Positions 1 to 13,076 of a stretch of DNA of 64,000 bases are shown piece by piece. The notes beneath the pieces are model-generated. The model made no database searches, was not told the DNA's origin, and saw nothing but the letters and a program-made list of their open reading frames with translations. A program made the position numbers and the translations under genes. Origin of the DNA: Trichoplax sp. H2 (lineage: Eukaryota); assembly GCA_003344405.1 (NCBI GenBank), contig NOWV01000020.1, forward strand, positions 682,001 through 746,000. Reading direction: 5' to 3'. Each line of letters opens with the position of its first letter. The first letter of the stretch is position 1.

Positions 1-766
1 TAGCGAATAGATTATAAACATTGTTGCATCGATATGACGACAACTATGCAGGAAATAGCCGAGAGGTCAGGATTATGACGCTAATCTTTTAAAGATATCG
101 TGTTGCTACAAATATTATTAATTAATATAATATTGAACAATTGTTAAGTGCAGTCTGAAGATAGATTCATTAATTTACACTTTAAAGTCAGTTAAAAACT
201 CATTGGTGGATAGAATTGAAAATTAAGGTATTTTCTTAAGAGTTAAGAGCCAACGATACGGGTCAGGAATATATATTTATTAGCATGAATAATGCCGATA
301 GCTACCACTAATAGTATACATCTAATTGGTTTTCTAAGTCAAATCATTCGTACAGAGCATTCAAAGCTAAAAGATCTTCACGCCTCGATACACGAATTTA
401 AGTTATAACTACGCGCTAAAAATTGACAAAAAAACTAAAATGGAACTTTTAAGTAAAATTAGTAACAAGACTTTATTTCAATTTATATTTAAAATTAGAA
501 TCCAGAATTTGATTAACACTATCTTTACATATTTGAACATTATAAGGACTGATGCTATTTCGCAATGATAGAAACCTATGTAATAAAGAAGAGCTTTTTC
601 TTGTTATAAGGCCCATGTACTACCTATATTTACAGTGTAAATAAATACTATATACATACAATGCCAGTCCTATCTTATTATAATATAATATTCCCATAAC
701 TAGTAATCTTCATTTTTAATTTTCATATTTAGAATAAAATTAATGCGGTCAATATAATCTTTAATA

Positions 767-3403
767 CTAAAATACATCCATAATAATTCCATGAGCTAAA
801 GTCTCCCTAGCATTATGGTATTGTGATACTTGCTCAAGTTCTTCAGGAGCGATCAATTGACTTTTTTTAATATCCGTAGCAAAGCGATATATAGTGGAAA
901 TGACTTCTTTCTTTAGTTTTTTATCATTTAGTGCAGCCTCTGCATTGCTATCTCCTAATGCAACCAATAATGGTAAATAACCGATCAAGAATGCTGCCAA
1001 AGGCTTGGCTAGGGATGTTAATCGTTGCAATTGACCAAAAGACATTATGGCTGCAAATGTAAAAATAACAATACACAGCATGCGGATAAATCATATAAAA
1101 GTTCTCCTAGATGATCCTAGATGCTGAGCACAAACTTCCTTATATACAGCTAAGGGAACATAAGCTGCACCATGATGGTCTTCGAAAAATAATGTCTTAA
1201 TTTTTTGCAATGGTGTAAATGTTTGATCTAATGATGTTTCCTCGTCATCATAAAGTGGCTGTTTGGGTATATCGATAGGATCGATACGAGAGTTTTTCAT
1301 TTTTAATGGTGGCAAAGTATACTTTCGATGCTTTCTTCTTGTTTCCGGTTTATTTTGTTGTTGGTCATCGACAACAGCTTTGCCCAAGATTTCACGTTGC
1401 TTATCCAACGAAAACTGACTCTCACGGTTAGATTCTAATTTTTCACATATTTCAAATGCTAATTTTTTCAATTTTTGCTTTCTAACATAGCGATCAGATA
1501 TCACCGAGAATAAATAGTATATAATGATCACGATAAATATAAGATAGGGTGTACTGACATCAGCGTTAACAATTATTCCTACTACAGTAAATGCAAAAGT
1601 ATAAAGAATGAGATAGGCCGACACTGCAAGCAGACCGATTAAAATGATATAAAAATACAGGGAGCAAATGAAAAAGATGATGATCAATAAAATATTGCAC
1701 AAACCAGTGATTTTACGCGATAATATTTTATGTACCCCAGCTATGGAAGTTAAAAAGCAATAAACAAGGGGTATTGGCATCAATAAGAAAACAACAAAAA
1801 CAGGTAGACATAATATTAAAACTACTACTGGGAGTAGACCGGTTGCCAACGTAAAGCCGATACAGCTAAATAATTGTTCATACATATTAACCGATTGCAA
1901 CATTTGCTTTTTAGCAGCTGTCCAATATTGAATTGGTGTATCCCACACCCAAATTCGATAATTACTCCAATAAGTTGAACTGAAAAGTAAGCTACGATTT
2001 TTTGCCACAGTACGATGGAATTTAACAATTTCATGGCTACCGTGAGTACTGAAGATTGCCGGTAAGTTGCTCTTTTCTTCTTTTCTTTCTTCATCGTCAT
2101 CATCACTGTCATCTTCTTCAACCACTTGTAAATCATCTAACCAATCGATAAACACATTATTGGTTAGCGAATCGGTGGTTAGTGTAGCAACTATCCAAGC
2201 ACCAACGATGACAAATAAACCAAAACCACCACATACGGCAGGTATTAGATATTCATAGAGTTGCTGTTGAGTTAAATTGGTTAAGTAGACTCTTTCAAAT
2301 AGTTGTCGATTAATAGTTAATTGTAATGCCAAGAAAATAACGATGACGATAGGGGATAATAAAATAAATAAAATTTGGTAGCAACGATTGGTTTTCCAGT
2401 TCCAACGCTTAGGCAAGACTTGAAATGGGACATCGCCATCTAAAATAATGAGTTCGGTATAGGAATATTTATCAAAATCAAAAAGTTGTCTTAAATTGCG
2501 CTTGTTAAAGGTAGCGAGTTCTTTATCATCTTGTATGCTAATTTTATGCTGCTTGCTAGCATCAGGTTCATCTTGATGGCTTATTCCATAGCCGTTATTA
2601 TTATTTGCCTGTTGCTGTTTTTTATTTTGACGAGATGACGATCGCGGTTTCTTTCTTTTCGATCGGTAGAACCAACGCTCATATTCTTCGCTAACTTCAT
2701 TTAAGATTTTTTCCGGGACGTACAAGACTACCAAAACGATAGAAGCATAAATCATTACATAAAGGATATTTAACCAGCCGTTAAGTTCAACAGGATGATT
2801 ACAGTCCCAACTGCCAGAAAGGCTATCGAGCTCATTGCAGCATTCATAAGCCAGTTGATTTTGTACCAGCCATAAAAATGCTTCAGATTGAGCTACACGA
2901 TGGCACATCATATGTAAATTGTAATCCGTCTGAGTTATTCCCGATAAAAATCTGCCTATAACTTTTCGTTTACAGGTTTCGTTTAAACTAGCTAAACAAT
3001 TATTGGGTGTTGCTGTAATGTTAATTGTGGCTGTTCGTTGAAATAAAGTTAACGTTCCCATACTAAATATATTGATATCAAAAGGTAACGCGAGATAGGA
3101 TCGTCCATATGTTTCTAGCGCCCAAACCCATTTATCAGCTTCATAACTTGAGGCAAGATTAGCCGCCAAGGATAATCCATTTGTGTCATTATTGATCGCC
3201 AAGGTTAATGTGATAATGCGGAATTTATTTTGCTTCTTTAATGCTAGAAATTTATTGATAGAATCTGTCGTTGCAGTTAAACTACATTGATTTAAGCAAT
3301 CGTTAGAGGTTGCTGCTGATGTCGTTGATGTTTTAACTATAATTAAGAGTAAAATGGTTACCAATGCACGAATTAACCAGCTTTGATTTCCCATCCTTGC
3401 CAT
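767..3403 (-). CDS. Intronless multi-pass membrane protein (signal peptide, Cys-rich ectodomain, several TM helices), 878 codons if the in-frame TGA at 1091-1093 is read through; otherwise a nonsense allele or pseudogene
   Basis: The 770-aa ORF (1091-3403) and 104-aa ORF (767-1081) are in the same frame: ...SSRRTFI*FIRMLCIVIFTF... The downstream part encodes two more hydrophobic helices. AATAAA lies on the minus strand at 472-477. Confidence 0.75.
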
Positions 3404-3774
3404 GTTATTGAAAGAAAATGGTGGAAGTGGAAGGGAGGCCCGATAACAACTTGATCATGGCAATTAATCGATGTTGCTATGGATACACAAATAACATTTT
3501 TCGACTCATGACGATCATAAATGACTACTATTAGTATTGATTTCTTGTCATTTGATTATGTGTACCAATAATAGAGATAGTCGTTGAGTATTGTTTGATA
3601 GTTGTAAACAATTATTTTCTAGTGTTCACAATTAAAATATTAAATGGATCTAGTAGTTAAAAAGAATGCGTCCTTGCTCGTTGAATTTGATACAGTCATT
3701 AATATAGATGTGCATAGACGCCTACTACAGCCTATACAATATAATCATGATGAAACGCCGAAAGAGGGTGTGCA

Positions 3775-4315
3775 AATTCCTGAATAGCTACAATCATCAT
3801 CAAAAATTACTGGTAGCAGCAATGATAAACATCGGATTAGGTGATTATACAGTCAAGGTCTGAATCTCATCTCTCGTACTTTAATTACGGTAATTTGCTA
3901 ATTACAGTTAATGGCTGAAAACTAAACGGAGAAAGAAGAGATCGCGGATTCCTAAGTAGCGGCAATGATCATCAAAAATTACTAGTAGCAGCAGCAATAA
4001 TATAGCTCACATTCGATTTGCTCATTATTCAGTTAAGATTGGAATCTTACCGTTCGTACTTTAATTACGGTAATCTGCTAATTACAGTGAATAGCTGAAA
4101 AATAAATGGAGAAAGAAGAGAATGTGGATTCCTAAGTAGCTACAATGATCATCAAAAATTACTAGTAGCAACAATAATATAGCTTACATTCGATTTGGTA
4201 ATTATTCCATTGAGATTGAAACCTTACCATTCGTACTTTAATTACGGTAATCTGCTAATCACAGTTAATGGCTAAATGGCTAAACGGAGAAGGAAAGGTG
4301 TGATTTCCTGAATAG
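3775..4315. repeat. Three diverged tandem copies of a ~172-180 bp unit
   Basis: Anchor CAAAAATTACT recurs at 3801, 3973 and 4153. TCGTACTTTAATTACGGTAAT and CGGAGAA/TGGAGAA also recur in each unit. Confidence 0.9.
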
Positions 4316-5425
4316 ATATATCCTTGAACATATGATCTAGTTCTAATGCACTTCATTATCCTAAATGGCTAAGTTAATACCTACAACGGGAAAACTAGTG
4401 GAAAGTATCGTACTAATCCTGCAATTAGGTTTGGCTCTTATATGTAGTGTACATTTAATTAAGGATATGCAATATTATGCTAATTATATTAAGTGAAAGG
4501 GTGGACTTACTGAATTATTCTCGTATCGAGTATATTAACGATCACATCAAGATTTAAATCCAAGTCCCTTATTGATCACGGTATCAATACAGCTTAAAGT
4601 TATTGACAGATCTTCATCAATAATGGTAGGGTTTACTGTGATATAAAGTATATTTGTTAAAGTCTATATTAAGGATCGAATTAAATTTGGCGTGCTAACA
4701 AAGGATGAAAAGGACTATGTAGACTAGGATATTAATTACCGGTATATGGATGTCTCAGAATGAGAGATAATTTAATCCAAGCGCAGCTTGATAGTTGGCA
4801 TGATATTCTTGAATTTAATTACATAAACTATAATTTCAATTTAAGACTAAGAATCAGCTTTACAAACCAAGTATTAAATAGAAAAACAAGCGTACTATAG
4901 ACGCTAGAATAATCAATAATTCTTATTTCACAAGTAGACTTACGCTATTCTATATTGCCATAATGTAGATCATTATTTCAACCTTCATTACAATACATTT
5001 CTAAGTGACGTTTATTTAGTTGAAACAAGGCAAAATATCAGTAAAAATGTAAAGCTACAAGGCACAAAGCTTATCCTCATTGCTCTGTCTTCTTCATAGA
5101 AACGGGTTTAATTCTGCTACAAAGTTCTATTATTACCAAATATTAGAAACAAGAAAAGACTCCTTGATAGATTTGATACGCCTTCTTTATTTTCAGTTAT
5201 CGATCAGAAGTTTGACAGTTACATCATCTGATTTTAAAATAGATCTGTTATCGTTGATCCATCTAAAATTACTGAAATACTGTAAATAAATTTATTACAC
5301 CTACATAGATGAACTGCATTTCATGATTAACAAATCCTGCAAATACAGTTCTATATCAATGATTTACGATATTGCTTAGAAATAAAATCAGGGTAACTGT
5401 AATAATATCAATTCCAACTGGCTGA

Positions 5426-6109
5426 TTATTTATTTACACAACCAAACATAAACCACATTCCGTTGGCACTGCAGTGATCATCACTCTCCTCATCATCGGA
5501 TTGGCGCACTTCCTTCATGATGGATCTTAACATGAAATCGCTTCTAGCTGGTTTTTCTATAAAATAATATTTTCCAACAGAGAAGTTAAGTGGCACTGTC
5601 GATATCTACTAAACTTATCTAGTTTGTAATTGGTATACCTGCAATGCACTGATTATATATATCAGCATTATATAATTTGCTCAAATTGACGAAGAATTTT
5701 TGGACACCATTAGGAGTGTTGCAAGGTTTGGTGCCTACGGCTAGGCATCTTTCTAAGATTTTCCAACGGTCACATGATACCTTAGAGCTATAACCCAGCT
5801 CATATTTTAAAGTATCCATTTTAGCAAATTGAGCGCAAGTGGTTAGGGATACCAGGGCTTCTGGACAACTAGCTGATTTCTTGAAAGCTGTATAGTATTA
5901 AATAAAAATATAGTGATTAAGCTTTAGTACCTATATGTAGCGAATCCCTGTGGATAGTGGTTATGAATAACATGATATTCGCCATAATATATTGACTCAC
6001 GCCATAGAGGATCCCAATTTTCTAATTCATTTTCTCTTTTTGACACTGAAACGGCATTTATAGCTGCTGTAGCCAAAAGTGCAGATAACATTAAACTGAT
6101 GGTATGCAT
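5426..6109 (-). CDS. Small secreted cysteine-rich protein or peptide precursor, 3 exons (6109-6001, 5887-5639, 5556-5426), 162 aa
   Basis: Signal peptide MHTISLMLSALLATAAINA. Donors GTGAGT (6000) and GTATAC (5638) and acceptors CAG (5888) and TAG (5557) give phase-consistent splicing to a 489-nt CDS ending ...SDDEESDDHCSANGMWFMFGCVNK*. Confidence 0.75.
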
Positions 6110-6191
6110 CTTGTAATCAATAGTGTGAAAGTGAATACAAGGGGCTAAGGATGCTGTAATTAGAATGAGAGTCTAGACTCAATTGCAGTCT

Positions 6192-6199
6192 TATTTATA
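6192..6199 (-). promoter_or_regulatory. Putative TATA box of the secreted-protein gene
   Basis: TATAAATA on the minus strand ~80 bp upstream of the ATG at 6109. Confidence 0.4.
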
Positions 6200-9100
6200 T
6201 GCTTCCAGCTGATCGTCAATTTAGTTTCGGTTGAATCAAATGATTGGCAGTATACTAGAGAAGTAGTAGCACTCTGTTTTGCTAAGGAATTTCAAATGGA
6301 TCAATATCTGATATGAATAGTTTTCCTTGGTCCATTTAATATGACAGGAAGATCATGTATGAATTATTAATTACCGCTTGTGGATGTTGAAATGGATAAC
6401 ATAATGGAAATAGATATTGAGTCATCGAGGAAGAAGATTATTTCAAAGTATCCTTGAATTAATAAATTCAACCGATTTAAGATCGACTAATGTAATACGA
6501 TATATTTATATCAATAGAATGATTCTTATATTAAAGGTACTATCTTGTAGAGTTTAGAATGCTGTATTAGTAAATATATTTCACGCCCAATGGCTAAAAT
6601 ATTCTGATAGCCTAACGAATTAGTGTCTATGAGGGAATATCTATCAGAAATATTCTCACGGTAGAACGGTCAGTTTCTTTATGAAGCTACCGTGGTAGCT
6701 TATTTTTCATAAGTTTTCAAACTGATTAATAAGTTATCCTCCATTAGAGTGCTTAAATTTAAGAATATTATTATAATAAGATATCGCACTTATTGATACC
6801 TAAGTTTCAATGAGATATTCTTATGTTGAAACATATTTTAACACAGAAGAGTGGTTATTCTAGAATCAATATTTGCAGGTAAATTCATGTAATATAAATA
6901 AATTAATCTCCGTAAGACAGTATTTTATTTAATTATAATACAAAATTCGCGAAATTATCCTGTATCCAGTATTAATTTGAGCCCTAAAATTAAGTGAGAA
7001 ATTAAACTTTCTCAGACGATAGTTACTTCTGTATGTATTCTAAAAATATAATACAGTTATTTTAAAGCTACTTTCCGCGTAGTTTTTCTTTGAAATAACA
7101 TAATATGTTATTGCTGCTATTAATGAGATTTAGAATGCAAGACCACACTTATGAAGTTATTCTATATATTATTTTGTTTACTAATACTTAGTTATAGAAT
7201 GAATTTATCAATATCTATTAAATATTTCATGTAAAAATAAGCTGCATGGTAATTTATTCAAGATATTTTCTGTCTTGAACCCTGAGTATGTGCATGTATA
7301 GTCGTAGTGAACACTTGATCAACATAAGTTATTGCCAAAATAAATCGGTAGTATTCATGGCGTTAAACGAAGTAGGGGAAATCCATTGAATACATAGATT
7401 ACGTTTTAAATTTCCCTTTTATTATCATTACCTCTGCATATATCGAAATACAATTGAGCATGATGAAAACTCAGCGTCAGATAAGCAATTGACCTAATTT
7501 CTATAGAGATTTATGAAAAGTAAATTTGGATCTGTAAAACTAATCGAGTTAAAGAAATATTTCTATTTGTTAAATACAATCCTTTCTTTCTAAGATATGA
7601 CGGTAAATTACCAAAATATTAATTCTTAACAAAGCGTATTCAAGATATCAATCATTGTTTAGGTGGATATTAAAGAAGAATACGGCTACTTCCTATAGCG
7701 GTACTTAGAATCTGCTAAATTCTAGAATTTTTTCTGATGCTTGCAGCTGGCAAGGTTAATTATATAATACTATTGCACTCGATCTAAAGAAAAATACTTT
7801 AAGGTTCTTTATACGGTATACAATCATATCTGTTGATAATAAACTGCAATAATCTGGTATTGAATCAGAAGCTAACAAAAACCAATTATCGGATAGATCA
7901 AATTGTAAAAATAACAAAAGCGTGATTGACGAATTGCGGGTTTTCTATTCTTGCTTTTATTGTTATTAGGCAGTAAAATAACAATTAAAATTACCGATAA
8001 ACATATGATTTAATTCATTTTTGTAGTACAATATCTCTGGACAAATAATCAGTATGCATGAGATTCTAAAAATTATCACGATAAAATAGGCCAAATTTCT
8101 TTATCCATAACTAAAAAATGCTCTGCCCTTGATAGTATGTTACTAGCTATATTGGATACCAGTTGTTAATTAGCGTATTGTCTTCTAAAATTTTTTGTCA
8201 ATCTTATAGTTTATAGAACTTTAAATCACTTGGATATCTATTGAGGGCTAAAATAAACTAAAAAATGCACTGACTGAGGCAATAAATACATCTGAAGTGT
8301 TTATATGTGAAGAATAACCATAAAATTCGGCCTTTGAATACCTTAACCGAGTAAATAGTTATTATAGTATCTATAGTGCTGTGAGAGTCTAGGTTAAATT
8401 TTTAAATTCAGTCACTTATTACAGGAAATCGTTGTTTACGGTAAAGACAGATATTAATAAGTCTGCCTTCAAATTTCAATATTCGATTTAAAAGTAGTTA
8501 AGGTTAGTATGTCGACTCCAATAACGTTAATTTATCCACCATGTAACAGATGTAGTTTCAGCTATTGCTAATAAAACTAATGAAATGAATTATTTCAGTA
8601 GACGCAAAAATTACAGCTTGTAAGCAATTCTGAGGAGATAAACAACTGTTAGCATTATTGCTAATAGCTTGTAAATATTAATGAATCGCTGATAAATATC
8701 ACGATTAGATTAATCTGTTGATTTATTAATTAGTTAATTCAGAATTGGTCATACTGTACTAATAGGCTAGTTGCATATTGTGAATAAATATTTGATAACT
8801 AATATGTATATAATTGCATCAGCTAGTTTTTATTATCTTTTATGTCCTATCTTGAATTTTTCTATCCTATTCATGCTGATTTTTTGAGGTACTAATTGTT
8901 ACTGTGTAAATATCTTAACTGTATAGATTTACGTGAAGTCTTTATTAATTTTTAATCTTATTTACCCTCCTGTTATTGTGTATCTCAAGTTTTATTGTCT
9001 CTTGTTCATCATAAATGTGCTACTAGTTCCATTACCGATAGCTATAGTGTGATAAATCAATTGGATGAGATATGCAAGCATTTAAAGTCTTTATTAATTT

Positions 9101-11389
9101 GACAAATTCCAGTCTTGCTTTTATGGCTTTATTTAAATTTTGTATTTATTCATACTCACTATCTTGATCCATTTTAATCTCATAATTATTTTGATATCGT
9201 TAGTTTTATTGAACACCAGTAGGATGGATGCGCAAATAAGATTTATTAATTTATTATCATATAATCTCGTACGTATAACACAATTTATTTTTTCCATCTT
9301 GATTGTGCTAATTTTGTGAATACCAATCTTTTTGGTGTATAATTGATTAATTACTTAGAACAAGACTTAGTTGATTGAAAGTATTTTTAAATCTATTGAC
9401 ATATGACTTTGTTTCTGTAGCATCTTTTCAAATTTATGAAACCTTTTCTTCTTGATGCTACTAGTCATTCCTGGATCAATGATTGTAACGGAATTCGTTA
9501 TATTAGATGGATATAAACATAAATTTTTGTCGGTTCATTATCGCACACTTTACTTTTATTGCTTATTTCAAGTTTTTTTATAGAATGGAAGCTTTATATT
9601 ATTTGCATTGATCGTTGGGTTCATGATTAATTTGTACAAATTTTTTGTTATGCAATGTTGTTTTCATATGATAATTTTAATATTTTACGTCTTTGACAAT
9701 TTATCGTAATTTAAGTGATCTTTTACATGTTTGCTGCTATGATTTGCTGCAGTTAATTAATTTCATAAATAGCATGAGTTAGTAATGTCTACTTTAATGA
9801 ATCATTTTGAAATTCACTTTTTAAGCGTTGTTTTCAAGACTAATATTTATTATCTTAGTTATATTGATCCTTTGAACATGAAATTATGCAGATATAGTTG
9901 ATTACTTATGAAGATTGAATACAAGTATTGGTTTTCGTTCATTCATTCATTATTAATTAGTTAAATATTATAGAATATATCCTATCGCTAATGATGATTT
10001 AAACGATTCAAAAATATAAATCTCTTGGTTATTTTCTACATTACTGACCATGTATGTTGCGCTTTTGGGTCAATAACGTAATAGTTTCAGCTTAATTGCG
10101 ATCTTTGTATATTCATTATATCTCAGCTTGCAGTAAAAGGTTAGATATGAGATGTTATACGCCGGCGCGTTCAGATCAAATATAAATATCCTGTGTATCT
10201 TGTAAATAAATGTTCTAGCATATTCTATGATTTATTTGAAAAATAACATAATAAACCAGCTCTAATAAGGTAGTTATAATAATAAAGAGTGGAATAAATG
10301 GAGTTGCAACTAATATCCTTATGAACACTAGAAGATTAAAGACTTTAATATCTTATTGGTAATGAAGAGTAAATATCTTATTCTATATTGTATAAAACTC
10401 TATTGACAATACTATGAAAAGCCATAGTATACATTTATTAATCGTTTTTTCCTGTAAGCTATAAGAATAAGGAATTTGTATTACGTCAAAGCAAGCGTTG
10501 TGTAAAACAATATCTAAATATACGGTAAGTTGTCAATTAAGTAGTTAAAAGTATTTCCTGTTTCAAAAATATTTTCATCATTTGAATGTGCTTATTGGTT
10601 GCTATTTTGTAAGAAATGAGTAATATCTAACAATAGTACTGCATAGCTGAAACCATGATTTAACACAGTAGCAAATAGAAATAGCCATGGACTACTAAAA
10701 GAAGACATGGACCTAAATGTCTCGTAACCTAAGCGCATAGGGCTTATGATAAATGAGGGTTGCTGATACCGCACATTATCTAGTGTATCGCGTGCGAGTA
10801 CATGCACAGTAATATACAGTATCGTAGTGTAGGCATCGCGGCTATAGCCTCTGTTGGATGCAGAACGGTTCTTCCTTATTAATGTACTTTACTAATACAT
10901 AAATTGGGATAAATATGAAAAGAATATTGAGTAGTCTGAGTAGTAGTAAAGTATGGTAAACGTACAGTGAGTTACTCTACCACTAAATACACAGTACAGT
11001 AGCAGATCTTTCAATCACCTCCATAGGACTGCTGCACATCCCTTCTTATCCTGCTAACTCATTTGTATTTAGAAGTCCATGACTGAACTATTGCAAGTGT
11101 CCAGTTTACACGAGAACAATAATAACACCAATCCAAGTAAAGCGCCTGAACGCTACCCATTTCCCTTGCAGCACTAAAAAATATATATATTCATTTTCAT
11201 TTCATTTTTTTATATTTTATTCAACGGTAAAATCTTCCGAAAAACGAAAATAAAAATGCTAAAAATTCAATAATTTTGGCAGAAGACCTAGACCAGGACA
11301 AGACTAATCACTCTTTGGACAGACGGACAGACATTTTAGGCCTCATGGCGTCACCACGAACCAACCGCCACCATAGCAAGTTAAATCAG

Positions 11390-11443
11390 GGACTTCTCCA
11401 TGGAAAATTCATTTATAAAAATGGAATTTTCATGGAGAAGTCC
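11390..11443. repeat. Long near-perfect inverted repeat (hairpin/cruciform)
   Basis: GGACTTCTCCATGGAAAATTCATTT ... AAATGGAATTTTCATGGAGAAGTCC, ~25 bp arms. Confidence 0.9.
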
Positions 11444-11576
11444 ATGGTTCAACGGTCTTGTTCATTCAAACGTCGTGTAAAGAGTGTGTACTATATATAC
11501 AGTGTACACAGTACCTATTCGAAATAGCGAAATGACTATCCAAAATTTGGATAGCACTTGCAAGTTGCTATGTTAC

Positions 11577-11976
11577 CAGTACGGTACGGTACGACTTGGA
11601 CTGTACTTCCGTCGGTGCTGTTGAAGTCCAAATTTCCGGTCAAAAGAGTACAAACTGATAGTCAAGCTTTCTCATCAAATCCGCTCGGCCGGGTTATCCA
11701 ATTTAACTTAAGGAAATCTGTGCAACACTTGGCACTTGCTAGTTGCTACATTCAAAATGATCAATTATTATGAAATGGTCGACAATCCGTCCCTCCATGG
11801 TTTCTCTTTTAGTTGTCCTGATGCAGTACGGTACGATACAACTTAGACTGTACTTCCGTCGGTGCTAGTGAAGTCCAAATTTCCGTTCAAAAGAGTACAA
11901 ACTGATAGTCCAGCTTTCTCATCAAATCCGCTCGGCCGGTTATCCAATTTTAAGGAAATCTGTGCAACACTTGGCA
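11577..11976. repeat. Two ~155 bp direct repeats (11577-11734 and 11824-11976)
   Basis: CAGTACGGTACG...GTACTTCCGTCGGTGCT...CTCATCAAATCCGCTCGGCCGG...TGTGCAACACTTGGCA is present twice with few differences. Confidence 0.9.
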
Positions 11977-12729
11977 GTATTATCTTGCAATATAGAAGTT
12001 ATATATTAAAGCTTGTAGTGTACATACGCCCAGTAGTAATTCAACCATGGTTAGGCACCGTCCATTAACACTTTGTCCAAATCAACGCTATCGCGATGAC
12101 CAAGATCCGCGATTACAAAGACGTCTCCCGCCGTCTGGCCCTAGATGCTAGATATTTTAAGCAAGATCCTAGAGCTCCACAATCTAGTGATCATCAAAGT
12201 GCCTGCCATCATGGTAAGCACGGATATCAGGCGAAGGCTCAGTATCGCGATCGTACAGAATTACAGCATATAACAGCTATAAAACCTAAAAGCATAAGGT
12301 TTCTGGATGGGACGCACAGTGCAAGTTTAGTTTTTACGCAACATTTTTTTGCCACCTATAAAAAGAATGTCGGCCGTAGCGGTAAATTTATACGTAGCAA
12401 AATTGCATTCTATCTTTGGCAGGACAAAGTAAATTACGCTTGCCATCAACTGTTCCTTTTATGCTTAAAATATATATTTTATTAAAGCTTGTAATGGGAA
12501 ATTACCACTATTAAAATCTTAATACAAGTTTAGTATTTGTACAGTTTGTACCAACTATACGTACAGTAATTGATAATTAACCAACAAAAATCAGTTTAAT
12601 ATTGGCTAGGTAAAGGGATCAACAAGATTTTATTTATAATATTCAGCCTTTTAAGTACTAGTAGATTTATAGCTCGGATGATGGGTTAAGATCGTTACGA
12701 GCTTTTGGACCCTTATCTATAAAGATAAC

Positions 12730-13023
12730 ATGAAAAAAGTGCTAGACTCACTGAAAAAAAAAACACCTGCACTAATCTATTTTGTCGGGGTTCTTAATAT
12801 TCTTATTGGAATGGTGTTTGTTACAAATTTTAATTATTGGTACATGGGTGTTGAAGTTCTTGTAACCTTGTTAGGTTGGTTATTTCTTATCCGAGGCCTT
12901 ATTCTCATGTTTTTCCCTAAAGCTTTTGACAAAATGCTTTAGAACTATCAAAGTTCTTATATTCTCTTTTCATTGATCGGAATTGCATGGGGAATTGCCC
13001 TCACTTGGTTTGCTTTCAGATAA
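12730..13023 (+). pseudogene. Bacterial small integral membrane protein, 5'-truncated, with in-frame TAG at 12940-12942
   Basis: ...TLLGWLFLIRGLILMFFPKAFDKML*NYQSSYILFSLIGIAWGIALTWFAFR*; a final TM helix continues in frame after the stop. Confidence 0.7.
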
Positions 13024-13031
13024 AGCTTATG

Positions 13032-13058
13032 AGGCGCCAAAGTGATACTTGGCGCTTT
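13032..13058. terminator. Intrinsic (Rho-independent) terminator-like hairpin between convergent bacterial genes
   Basis: AGGCGCCAA-AGTGATAC-TTGGCGCTT lies 8 bp after the plus-strand stop (13023) and 18 bp from the minus-strand stop (13077). Confidence 0.7.
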
Positions 13059-13076
13059 AAATCAAATGCATGTTCA

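Noticed and set aside
11577..11976. CRISPR array or LTR pair
   Set aside because: Only two long (155 bp) copies ~90 bp apart, no cas genes and no internal retroelement sequence.
11276..12485. ORFs of 83, 71, 68 and 129 aa as genes
   Set aside because: They run through the palindrome and direct repeats, most have non-ATG starts, and none shows a recognisable protein motif.
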